Source of the DNA: Candidatus Poribacteria bacterium
GTDB lineage: Bacteria > Poribacteria > WGA-4E > WGA-3G
Reading direction: 5' to 3'
DNA length: 64,000 nt
Assembly: GCA_963665235.2 (NCBI GenBank)
Contig: CAXXLX010000001.1
Span: 192,001-256,000 of the forward strand
The notes under the pieces are model-generated. The model was given only the letters and a program-made list of their open reading frames with translations, was not told the DNA's origin and ran no database searches. A program made the position numbers and the translations under genes. Below, piece after piece: positions 9,891 to 18,676 of this stretch; the first letter of the stretch is position 1; each line of letters begins with the position of its first letter.

Positions 9891-10696
9891 AACAAAGTTC
9901 TCAAAAATTCAATACTCCGTTTCGCAATCGTCTTCGGATCCGGTTTGAAATCGAACACCTCTGTTGACACATAACCCTGATAATCGATGGCTTTTAAAGC
10001 TTCAATGATTGGCGGATAATCTACACTACCAGAGCCGGGGAGATAACCGTTGTCATCGTTGGAGTGAAAATGTGCAACGTGTTCGGCACAGTTGCGAATC
10101 TGTGTCGGCATGTCTAACCCCTCTTTTGCGGTGCTACAGACATCCAAAATCATCTGGAAGTTCGGGTGATTCACAGCGTTGACCATCTCAACCGCTTTAT
10201 CCGGGTTTGTGATAAAATTCGTCTGATCGCTGGATAACGGCTCCATACACAACATAACTCCTCTTTCGCCAGCGAGTTCCGCGCCCTCCGCGAAGGTTGC
10301 TTGTGCATATCCCCATGCCTCTTCAAAGGTAAGCGGTTCCAGAACGTTCCGTTGCTGTGGCGACCCGATTACCATCACACGTCCATCTAGGTCGGCACAC
10401 AGTTCAATCAGGGCGAGGAAATAGTCTCGTGTTTCCACACGAATCTCTGCGTCGGGGTGATTGATATAGAGCCCCGGGGGTGAGACGAGTAGCCAGTGTA
10501 ACCCTGCGACCTCTATTTTTGCGGTTTGAGCGGCTTTGCGGATTCGTGCTCGTTCCGTTTCACTAATGTCCAAAACTGAGTCTGCCAATGTGAACGGTGC
10601 GATTTCAACTGCCTCGTATCCAAGTTCTGCGGCATAGGTGAACACATCCTCGATTTTCCAATTTTCAAACATTTCGTTGCATATCGCGAGTTTCAT
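9887..10696 (-). CDS. Sugar phosphate isomerase/epimerase (xylose isomerase-like TIM barrel; tagatose 3-epimerase-like)
   Basis: MKLAICNE, GLHWLL, GSPQQR, MEPL, HFHSND and STEVF motifs. Confidence 0.88.
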   Translation of the reverse strand: MKLAICNEMFENWKIEDVFTYAAELGYEAVEIAPFTLADSVLDISETERARIRKAAQTAKIEVAGLHWLLVSPPGLYINHPDAEIRVETRDYFLALIELCADLDGRVMVIGSPQQRNVLEPLTFEEAWGYAQATFAEGAELAGERGVMLCMEPLSSDQTNFITNPDKAVEMVNAVNHPNFQMILDVCSTAKEGLDMPTQIRNCAEHVAHFHSNDDNGYLPGSGSVDYPPIIEALKAIDYQGYVSTEVFDFKPDPKTIAKRSIEFLRTLL

Positions 10697-10856
10697 GTTT
10701 ATCTCCATTACATATTTTTCCCGAATTCTAAACGGTTTTTGTGTTTTTGTCAAGCGGTTTTGATTTCTCGGGTGTTTAAATATTTTGTCCTTATGTGTGA
10801 ATGGACTATGTAGCTCTCCGCCGTTTTTAGGGACACAACCGTATTTAGGGCCAGAA

Positions 10857-11204
10857 CTTATACCATTTCTAATTGAAAATGTCTCTTTATTGTCCCATAA
10901 ACTTCCAGTTTGTGTGCCTTATTGTAGCATAAACTTCCAGTTTGTGTGCCTTATTGTAGCATAAACTTCCAGTTTGTGTGCCTTATTGTAGCATAAACTT
11001 CCAGTTTGTGTGCCTTATTGTAGCATAAACTTCCAGTTTGTGTGCCTTATTGTAGCATAAACTTCCAGTTTGTGTGCCTTATTGTAGCATAAACTTCCAG
11101 TTTGTGCACTTTATCGTCCCATAAACTTCCAGTTTGGGTCTTCCGTTCTCCGTTTCATTGCTAACAACCGGTAATGATAGAATAATTAATAAAAATGGTA
11201 TAAG
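10857..11204. mobile_element. MITE-like element with CTTATACCATTT/AAATGGTATAAG terminal inverted repeats, enclosing a REP array
   Basis: Inverted termini. The 25 bp at 11179-11203 are the exact reverse complement of 49583-49607, the end of the transposase remnant. Confidence 0.6.
10896..11136. repeat. Tandem array of GTAG-type REP, 32-bp period, 8 copies (GTAG-CATAAACT-TCC-AGTTTGTG)
   Basis: CATAAACTTCCAGTTTG occurs every 32 bp from 10896 to 11120. Linkers are essentially identical. Confidence 0.92.
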
Positions 11205-11771
11205 TAGCAACTTGGGTTATTATAGAGCAAATCCCATGGATATGAAAGGAATTTATTACCTAACGATTTGTGCTAAATAACTATTTGTCCAATATTATTT
11301 CACAATTATATAACGGCTTGTTAGTTTTTATCATTGGTTGATTTCTTCTTTAGTCCCAGTATTCGGGCAAACAGTTTCCCGCTCCTCAAGGACGATATCT
11401 TTATAGAAAGTCGTTTCCGCCCCGACCTCTTAGTCCCAGTATTCGGGCAAGCAGCCCGCTCCTCAAGGACGATATCTTTATATGAATGTCAAATATCTGT
11501 GAAAACAACAAAAACAATTCGTTAACTGGCACAAGTCGTTACCTAGCAACTTGGGTTAATATATTTTATATTATGATTTTTGGCAATTTTTCGTAATATA
11601 GAATTTTATATTGCGATTTTTGGCAATTTTTCGTAATATAGAATTTTTATGAGGGGAGGTCTCCTCACCCTATAAACAAGGTTTCAATCGGGCGGGGGAA
11701 CCCCATCCTTAAGGAGCGGGAAACCGTTTGCCCGAATACTGAGGAGATTGCCTAAATTTGCGTAAGTCCTG

Positions 11772-12608
11772 CTAACGCATTAAGGCACCGCCTGCTACGT
11801 TGATAGATACGCCGGTCAGATACGCGGCTTCATCTGAGGCGAGGAAGGCGGCCATTTTTGCTACATCCGAGCCTTCGGCGAGCCGCCCTAATGGGACCAA
11901 TTCTGTCGCTTGCTGGGCAAATGCCTCACGTTGTTCGTTAGGCGGCATATCTGCGGGCATTAGGGCAGCGGCTAAATGCCCAACACGCTCCGTGTCTACA
12001 AGGCTCGGACAGATAGCGTTGACGTTAATTTGATAGGGGGCAAGCTCATGTGCTAAGGATTCTGTTAAACCGATTACGGCAAATTTAGAGGCACAGTAAG
12101 CGGCGTAACGTGCCGCGCCACGTTTTCCGGCTACGGAGGAGATATTGATGATTTTACCGCCTGTGCCTTGCACGATGAGATGCCGGGCTACGGCTTGACA
12201 GCAGAGAAATACACCTTTTACATTGACGCACTGCACTCTATCCCAATCCGCCTCGGCGAGGTCAACGACAGGGACGCGGTCTTTTCCGGCTTTTGTTCCG
12301 GCATTGCTAACGAGAATATCGAGCTTGCCGAAATGTGCAATGGTTTTGTCTACCATGTCGGCGACCTGTTTTGCGTCTGATACATCTGCGATGATACTGA
12401 TAGCACGTTGGTTCATCGTCTCAATTTCGCGGACGACATCTGGTAATCCCCGCCAGGTGGAGGTGTCTGCTGCGTAGGGGTGTTCGGCTATATCATTGAC
12501 AGCGACATCAGCTCCCTCTTTCGCCAGACGGGTGGCGATGGCGCGGCCGATGCCGTTTTCGCCGCCCGCGCCTGTCACTAAAGCGACTTTGCCGTTTAGA
12601 TTATACAT
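11772..12608 (-). CDS. SDR family oxidoreductase
   Basis: TGAGGENGIG, SNAG and YCASK motifs. Confidence 0.92.
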   Translation of the reverse strand: MYNLNGKVALVTGAGGENGIGRAIATRLAKEGADVAVNDIAEHPYAADTSTWRGLPDVVREIETMNQRAISIIADVSDAKQVADMVDKTIAHFGKLDILVSNAGTKAGKDRVPVVDLAEADWDRVQCVNVKGVFLCCQAVARHLIVQGTGGKIINISSVAGKRGAARYAAYCASKFAVIGLTESLAHELAPYQINVNAICPSLVDTERVGHLAAALMPADMPPNEQREAFAQQATELVPLGRLAEGSDVAKMAAFLASDEAAYLTGVSINVAGGALMR

Positions 12609-12628
12609 GTGGGGATCGGGTGTTTTCC

Positions 12629-13408
12629 TTAACGTTTAAGAGCTCCCCACGTTAATGCAAGTTTGCCTGCTGGGGCGACATCCAAAAATTCGGAGTCAAA
12701 GGTGAGGTCGCCAAAGGCGAGTGCGTCCCAGGCACCTCCGGCTATCCACCCGATTTGGTGTTCACGGGTGCCGTTTTCACAATCGTTCATGTGAAAGCTG
12801 AATCCGATGGTGAGTCCGTTTTTTGCTTTAAAGTTTGCGCCTCTACCGGGGTTCGCAAATTGAGGATTGCCGCGCGGTGCAGTCGGATCGATGGCGACTT
12901 CGTAGATGTAATCGTTGCCTTTTTTGACAACTATCCACTCGGTATTATCAGCGGAGGCTGCAGCGGAGAGGTCTTTGCCGTTGGCTCCAAGTGTCCACTG
13001 CACAAGTCCATCTCGTACCATCTCGTTATCAAAATCGAACATAAATTCGACGCTGTCGTCTTCCCACCATTTACTATCGGGGGGGTTAATGTCTTGAAGT
13101 TTATCATCGGTGATTTCGACAGCGAAGTAGATGCGGGTTGGGTCAGCTGCGCTCCACGCGATGCGGCCTTTTCCGGTAAAGTCGTTGGCGTTAGGGAGGC
13201 CTGGGCCTACATCTTTTAACTGATCGAAGGCAACACTTTCTGCACGCTGCCATTCACCGAGATTGCCGTCTACCTTGAAGTTGGAAATCTGTTTGGCAAT
13301 GTACTGCTTATCACGTTCGACGGCGAAAGTTAAGTCGGTTGCACAGATTATCAGAAGGAGTCCTACGATAATCGGTGCTACATTTTTAAACTTGATATGT
13401 TTCTTCAT
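12629..13408 (-). CDS. Secreted CBM9-like (DOMON-type) sugar-binding protein with C-terminal TWG tag
   Basis: Start MKKHIK after AAAGGAG, with a signal peptide. VDGNLGEW, IYFAVEITDD and DDSVEFMFD motifs. Ends DVAPAGKLALTWGALKR. Confidence 0.8.
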   Translation of the reverse strand: MKKHIKFKNVAPIIVGLLLIICATDLTFAVERDKQYIAKQISNFKVDGNLGEWQRAESVAFDQLKDVGPGLPNANDFTGKGRIAWSAADPTRIYFAVEITDDKLQDINPPDSKWWEDDSVEFMFDFDNEMVRDGLVQWTLGANGKDLSAAASADNTEWIVVKKGNDYIYEVAIDPTAPRGNPQFANPGRGANFKAKNGLTIGFSFHMNDCENGTREHQIGWIAGGAWDALAFGDLTFDSEFLDVAPAGKLALTWGALKR

Positions 13409-13443
13409 AGCAATAGCTCCTTTAGTCAAAAAGCAGATTGGTT

Positions 13444-13701
13444 CTACGATAAAGCAACGGATATTGCGACCGCAAGGGCAACAATCGCAATGCCGGTGGG
13501 TACCCAATTTAGAGCAGACTGCCATCCGGCTTTACGGCCCTTGATTTCAGCAACATCTAGCTCAACCTTCCGTAGTCGACTATCAAGTGTCTCAAGCTGC
13601 TTTGTGAATCGTGCGTCCATGTCAGCTATCTGCTTTGTGAACCGTGAATCCATGTCAGCTATCTGCTTTGACAACAAATCGTATAATTCTTGTGTAGTCA
13701 T
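13444..13701 (-). CDS. Small coiled-coil protein with C-terminal transmembrane helix
   Basis: ATG after AGGGAG. 11-aa repeat KQIADMD.RFT. Hydrophobic tail VPTGIAIVALAVAISVALS. Confidence 0.65.
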   Translation of the reverse strand: MTTQELYDLLSKQIADMDSRFTKQIADMDARFTKQLETLDSRLRKVELDVAEIKGRKAGWQSALNWVPTGIAIVALAVAISVALS

Positions 13702-13712
13702 CAAAAATCTCC

Positions 13713-13901
13713 CTAGCCCTTTAGTATCTGTCTGAGGATGAGGAACGCGCCACCAATGACGATAACGCATAGGGCGATACTCGTGATGACTGCAAGAAAG
13801 AAGACAAAGATGCCGAAAATCCATTTAAGGATTTCTATGAGAATCCAAGCAATCGCAAGAAAAGCGATAATGCCCAAAACGATGCTTAAAATTGTGCCCA
13901 T
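13713..13901 (-). CDS. Small membrane protein
   Basis: 62 aa, almost entirely hydrophobic, co-oriented with its neighbours. Confidence 0.6.
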   Translation of the reverse strand: MGTILSIVLGIIAFLAIAWILIEILKWIFGIFVFFLAVITSIALCVIVIGGAFLILRQILKG

Positions 13902-13972
13902 GAGTTATTTTTAGGGCGGATGTTGCATCCGCCCATCCTATAAGTGTTAATGTGTAGATTGACAATTAGGTT

Positions 13973-14728
13973 CTATTTTTTGAGGCTTCCCCACGTAACA
14001 GCAAGTTTTGCTTTGGGGTCGACAGCTGTAAGATTTGTTTCGAGACCGTTATTCATCACATTTTGAACGTCGCTTTCAGGTAAAGCGGTGTTGAAGATGA
14101 TGAATTCGTCGATTAACCCTTGCCATTGCCGCTGTCCGTTCCAGTCGCCAATTCTTCCGGGGTCAAGGACACCGGGGTTGCCGCCCCAGTTGTGTTCAGC
14201 GTCAAGTTCACCATTGATGTAAAAGCGAATCTTCTTTTCTGTAGCACTGTAAGCGGTTGCGACGTGAACCCATTTATCCAATTGGTCTGTTGTAAACGCA
14301 AAATTTGCGAACGAGTCGTTGCCGCCGGGGTTCCCGTTAATAGAAAATTCTACTCGATTGTTTGGGTGCAGCTGATAATGAATATCGCCACCTTTCCACC
14401 CAGTGTTGTTGAAAAAGGTTCGCCATCCACCTACACGGCCAGTGGCTTTGACCCAGTGCGTGAACGTAATTTCCTCAAACTCGCCGATGCGTTTGGGTAC
14501 GTTAACCCATTCGTTTGTGCCGTTCAACTGTATAGCTTGACCGATTTTGCCATCAACGAAACTGCCGCCTTGTAGTTCGCCATCAAATCCGTTTCCTGAA
14601 AAATCTTCGGCATTACCGTCAAATAGCCATGCAGCGGCAACCATATCTGACGAGACCTGCGCGGAGCTGGGCAAGCTGATGAGCGACAGGACAAGTAAAC
14701 TTAGGACAATTGTAGTTATTCTTAACAA
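13973..14728 (-). CDS. Secreted LamG/concanavalin A-like domain protein with C-terminal TWG tag
   Basis: TTG after AGGAGG. WLFDG.A.D.SGNG, W.HVATAY, FYINGEL and GLIDEF.IFN motifs. Ends AVDPKAKLAVTWGSLKK. Confidence 0.9.
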   Translation of the reverse strand: MLRITTIVLSLLVLSLISLPSSAQVSSDMVAAAWLFDGNAEDFSGNGFDGELQGGSFVDGKIGQAIQLNGTNEWVNVPKRIGEFEEITFTHWVKATGRVGGWRTFFNNTGWKGGDIHYQLHPNNRVEFSINGNPGGNDSFANFAFTTDQLDKWVHVATAYSATEKKIRFYINGELDAEHNWGGNPGVLDPGRIGDWNGQRQWQGLIDEFIIFNTALPESDVQNVMNNGLETNLTAVDPKAKLAVTWGSLKK

Positions 14729-14767
14729 AATGAACCTCCTCTAGCGTGTCATAAGACAAGTGTTCGT

Positions 14768-15520
14768 CTATTTTTTGAGGCTACCCCAGGTGATAGCCAA
14801 TTTCTGCTTCGGATCAACGGCGAGTCCGCCTTCTATACCGTCATTCATGACAGACTTAATGTCTGCCTCACTTAAGACGGTGTTGAAGATAACGAATTCA
14901 TCGAAGAGGCCCTGCCAATGCCGTTGACCATCCCATGAACCAATTTTGCCGGGGTCAAGTACCCCGGGGTTGCCGCCCCAGTTGTGTTCGGCATCAAGTT
15001 CGCCGTTGATGTAAAAACGAATCTTTTTTTCTGTAGCACTGTAAGCGGTGGTGATATGAATCCACTTATTCATTTCACCGCCAGCTACTGCGAAGTTGGC
15101 AAACGTGTCGTTGCCGCCGGGGTTACCTCTAATAGAAAACTCCACTTTATTGTTTGGGTGCAGTTGATAATGAATATCGCCATCTTTCCAACCGGCGTTG
15201 TTGAAAAAGGTTCGCCAATCGTTTTCTCGTCCAGTGGATTTGACCCAGTGGGCCAAGGTGACTTCCTCAAACGAGCCCATCGCTTTGCCAATGGTAATCC
15301 ATTCGCTTGACCCGTTCAATTCAATTGCTTTTCCGATTTTGCCATCAACAAATTTTCCGCCTTGAAGTTCACCGTCGAATCCGTTACCGGAAATGTCTTT
15401 GGCATCGCCATCAAATATCCATGCTGCGACAATCATCTCCTCGGTGATTTCTGCCGAAACGGACATGCTGAAGCTCACGATGAGCAGCAGGCTTAGGGCA
15501 ACTATTGTAGCTTTCAACAC
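14768..15520 (-). CDS. Secreted LamG/concanavalin A-like domain protein with C-terminal TWG tag (tandem paralog)
   Basis: GTG after AGGAGG. Highly similar to the downstream gene. Ends AVDPKQKLAITWGSLKK. Confidence 0.9.
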   Translation of the reverse strand: MLKATIVALSLLLIVSFSMSVSAEITEEMIVAAWIFDGDAKDISGNGFDGELQGGKFVDGKIGKAIELNGSSEWITIGKAMGSFEEVTLAHWVKSTGRENDWRTFFNNAGWKDGDIHYQLHPNNKVEFSIRGNPGGNDTFANFAVAGGEMNKWIHITTAYSATEKKIRFYINGELDAEHNWGGNPGVLDPGKIGSWDGQRHWQGLFDEFVIFNTVLSEADIKSVMNDGIEGGLAVDPKQKLAITWGSLKK

Positions 15521-15860
15521 AATAAACCTCCTATATCTTACTAAACTTTGGACAATTTTAGGAGTTTGTCTATAGGGTGAACAGAACACGGTAGAAAGAC
15601 ATCGGACATCTCGATTACACATTTCGCCCCGCTGGGGCTTAGTCTGGCCGGCTGCCGCGTTTTCTATAAACAGACCGCCCCGAGGGGCTAGTTTGTGGTG
15701 TGTTTGTGTTTTCTATAAACAGACCGCCCCGAGGGGGCTGCGCTTTGGAAAACCCATCGGTGTTTATTTTTCTCCTATTTGTCCATGTCTGATGAGCGTT
15801 GCAGGATGCGGATTTCGTGCCGCGCCTGCTCAGATTTTCTCTCCGTTATCGCGCTTAATG

Positions 15861-16168
15861 GATATGCGCGCGCGAAATGAGAGCGAAGCATTGTAAATGT
15901 CCACAATGCAAACAAAAACCCGCACTTGAGACACTCCATAAAAAAGTGAAGTGTGCACGTGCGGGCGTGAAGGTATCGCAGCTTGTAAATCCTACGACAC
16001 TGTCTTGTGATATAAACTTAACAAATGTAAAACTTATTAAGGGGGGGGGTAAACTGTTAGTTATAATGCATCCGATAGGGACAGGCCCAAAATATCCTTG
16101 AACGAACGACAGATACCGGATATGTTCATTTCTGAAAAGTGATGTGTTTCTCACTGCTGGGGTCCCCC
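15861..16168 (-). promoter_or_regulatory. Conserved ~300-nt non-coding leader element, copy 1
   Basis: Its reverse complement aligns colinearly with 24000-24300, with frame-breaking indels. Lies upstream of the LamG pair. Confidence 0.6.
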
Positions 16169-16598
16169 ATGAAATTTAAAGTCGATTCAAAAATTTCGCG
16201 CCATCAGTCAAGAAAATAGTTTTCTAGGAAGGCACAAATTGAAATGGACTGTCTGTTCGATATAGTGTATCAAAAAACCGTTTTTAATGCAACTCTTAAA
16301 AATCCAGGGAGTGTGTAAAGTGTTTGTAACCAGGACAGACGCAGCGCGTTGATAAACCCTTCAGGACTTACGCAAATTTAGAACATAAGCTCAGTATTCG
16401 GGCAAACGGTTTCCCGCTCCTCTAGGGCTGGGTCCCCCAGCCCGCTAAGTCAACCTCTAAATCCCATTATCTATGGACTTTAGCAACGTGCTGCGTAAGC
16501 CCTTATAATAATGGGAGCATAGGGGGAGAAATAGCGGGCGAGGGCACCTCGCTTAATCCTACGAAGCTGTCCGCTAAATTTGCGTCCATCCTATTGTG

Positions 16599-17480
16599 CT
16601 AAATAGAACGATGTCCGGCGAAGCCGCGCGGGTTTTCAAATGCGTCTGTCCACAGATGACACCACTCCGCATGGTCTGTTAGGACAGTTTCAGGATTTTT
16701 TCGGCTGCGCACGATGAAGTCTGGATGTGCTGTTCTCCCGGTGTGATGGCCTGTCGTCTGAAAACGGAGGTCTAATGACCATCGGCATCGGTCGGAGCTG
16801 TTCGGTTGCGACCGGTGTGGCGTGAACCGGCTGAGTAAGATGATATCGCCGCGGTAACATTCCAACATCATCGGTTCAACGTCGGGCATGAGCTCTGGTA
16901 TAATCATGGTGCCGCCCGCTTTCTGATGTGTGAGGTATCCGATATCTTCAGTAATACCTGGCAGTGCTTCGAGGCATCCCATTTCAATAGTGCTATCGCC
17001 TAAGGGAAGCCAACAGGTGACGATATTTGATGCTTCTGCTTCTTCCATCATAACGCCAGCGTCTTGGTGCCAGGGTACGCCGCCAGCCCAGCTTGCGTTT
17101 CCATCAACGACGGGTGGTTTTGCGCGGACATGCTGAATGGGGTTGCAGGTAATTTCGGGCCCGACAATTCCTTCAATAACATCGAGCAGGTTGTCGTTCC
17201 GCATGAATTCAAAGATGGCTTTGCCGCGATAGTGCATAATGTCCATTCCACTGTTGATTTCACCGGACTGGGCGAGGAGTTTTCCAAACCGCCTGTCGAA
17301 GGGTTCTGCTTCATAGAGATTTTCAATCTTTCCTTGCTGCTGTAGGGCGGTGGCACGTTCTGAAATCCAGTCCTCAATTTCGTCAATGACGGGTTGGACA
17401 TCTGCATCTGTGAGTGCGTTTTTGACTATCAGGACACCTTGTGTACGGTAGGTGTCTTTCTGTTCTTGGGTGAGTTTCAT
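16599..17480 (-). CDS. Phytanoyl-CoA dioxygenase (PhyH) family protein
   Basis: PWHQD, CWLPL, TPHRS.PN and RWSLDLR motifs. Start MKLT after AGGAGAGG. Confidence 0.9.
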   Translation of the reverse strand: MKLTQEQKDTYRTQGVLIVKNALTDADVQPVIDEIEDWISERATALQQQGKIENLYEAEPFDRRFGKLLAQSGEINSGMDIMHYRGKAIFEFMRNDNLLDVIEGIVGPEITCNPIQHVRAKPPVVDGNASWAGGVPWHQDAGVMMEEAEASNIVTCWLPLGDSTIEMGCLEALPGITEDIGYLTHQKAGGTMIIPELMPDVEPMMLECYRGDIILLSRFTPHRSQPNSSDRCRWSLDLRFQTTGHHTGRTAHPDFIVRSRKNPETVLTDHAEWCHLWTDAFENPRGFAGHRSI

Positions 17481-17559
17481 AACCTCTCCTTTTAATGCGC
17501 TATGTTTTATCATTAATAATAGCATGAAAGCGAACAGTAAACAAGAAAAAATGGCCAAT

Positions 17560-18231
17560 GGGGTGTGTAAAGTTTTTGTACAAGTTGTTCAGTCTTAGCC
17601 CAGTATGGGCGTTATGTTTATAGCGTGACACACCCCCCCCTTCTTAGCCCAGTATGGGCGTTATGTTTATAGAATGTTGGTTTATGGCAGAATTGGCTCA
17701 TAGCAGTTGGCAAAGAAGCGGTTGGCAAGAGCTTGTGATTATAGTCCGCGTTCTGACGCGCGTCACATCCCGCTTCCTCTTGCTAATCGCCGATGAGCGA
17801 ATTGCCAATACTATTTTTTCTGAAGAAAAATCAAACAGTTCGCAACTAATATAACAGAAAACCAAAACATTTTTCGGAGAAAAGCGGCACGGTTTGCAAC
17901 GAAGCTGAGCGGACACCGATAGCGTGTGTCAAAAGTGTAACATTTCCACCGGAACCACCTCAAAAAGTAGGAGGCAGAACGGTAAGAAAACTCCGCAGAA
18001 CAGATACCCGAAATCGACGGTTAAAATGACACAACGCGTTTTTTTGTGTTGCGAAATTTCGTTTTTTATGTGTTGGGAAAAAATGGGTCGAAACCGAATA
18101 GAGGGCAAAACGGCTTATAAAGCTATGCGTGGCGTGCGTTCAGACACATTCAGAACCGAGAACCAAATGTTACACTTTGTGTCAAAAGTGTAACATTTCC
18201 ACCGGTTTTGTACAAAAACTTTACACACCCC
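17560..18231. mobile_element. Non-coding element bounded by perfect 24-bp inverted repeats (GGGGTGTGTAAAGTTTTTGTACAA)
   Basis: IRs at 17560-17583 and 18208-18231. The interior holds other repeat families and no transposase. Confidence 0.65.
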
Positions 18232-18239
18232 TTTGCTAT

Positions 18240-18512
18240 GGGTGTGTAAAATTTTTGTACACCCGTTTGTAGTAGGGCGATTCATCGCCCGGCCGGTTGT
18301 AATAGAAGCCGTTTGTAGTAGGGCGATTCATCGCCCGGCGTGTCGTCCAGGGTTGTGATGTGCGATGGGTTTTGCTCCTAGGATCAGGGCTGCGACGGGC
18401 AATAAATGGTTTCCCTACTACGAGCACCGCTCTGATGGACAATGAGTCGCATTGTAGGAATAGGCGGTTTTAAACATCAATGGATTAACTTGTATAGAAA
18501 CTTTACACACTC
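18240..18512. mobile_element. Second element with the same (imperfect) TIRs, carrying GTAGGGCGATTCATCGCCC REPs
   Basis: GGGTGTGTAAAATTTTTGTAC ... GTATAGAAACTTTACACACTC. Two direct REP copies plus a degenerate inverted copy. Confidence 0.55.
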
Positions 18513-18676
18513 CATAAGTCTTGGAAGATATATCGATAAGTAGATGATTCAAACATGGGAACCTCCATTTTTTGTCAGGATCGCGGATTATCGGGGATTA
18601 CGTGGATTACGCGGGTTTTAAGCTATCGTCTGATACCTATAACCCGCGCGAAATCCATTGGTGGGGCTGCCCGGTG

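Noticed and set aside
10896-11136. Possible CRISPR array (palindromic 32-bp period)
   Set aside because: There are no unique spacers, since the units abut with identical linkers, and no cas genes. The GTAG foot plus hairpin fits a REP.
13973-15520. Diversity-generating retroelement TR/VR pair among tandem paralogs (LamG, malectin, Ig repeats)
   Set aside because: No reverse transcriptase is present. Differences are spread over all bases and are largely synonymous rather than adenine-specific.
17885-17898. Sigma-54 promoter (GGCACGGTTTGCA)
   Set aside because: The GG-to-GC spacing is too short for a -24/-12 element.
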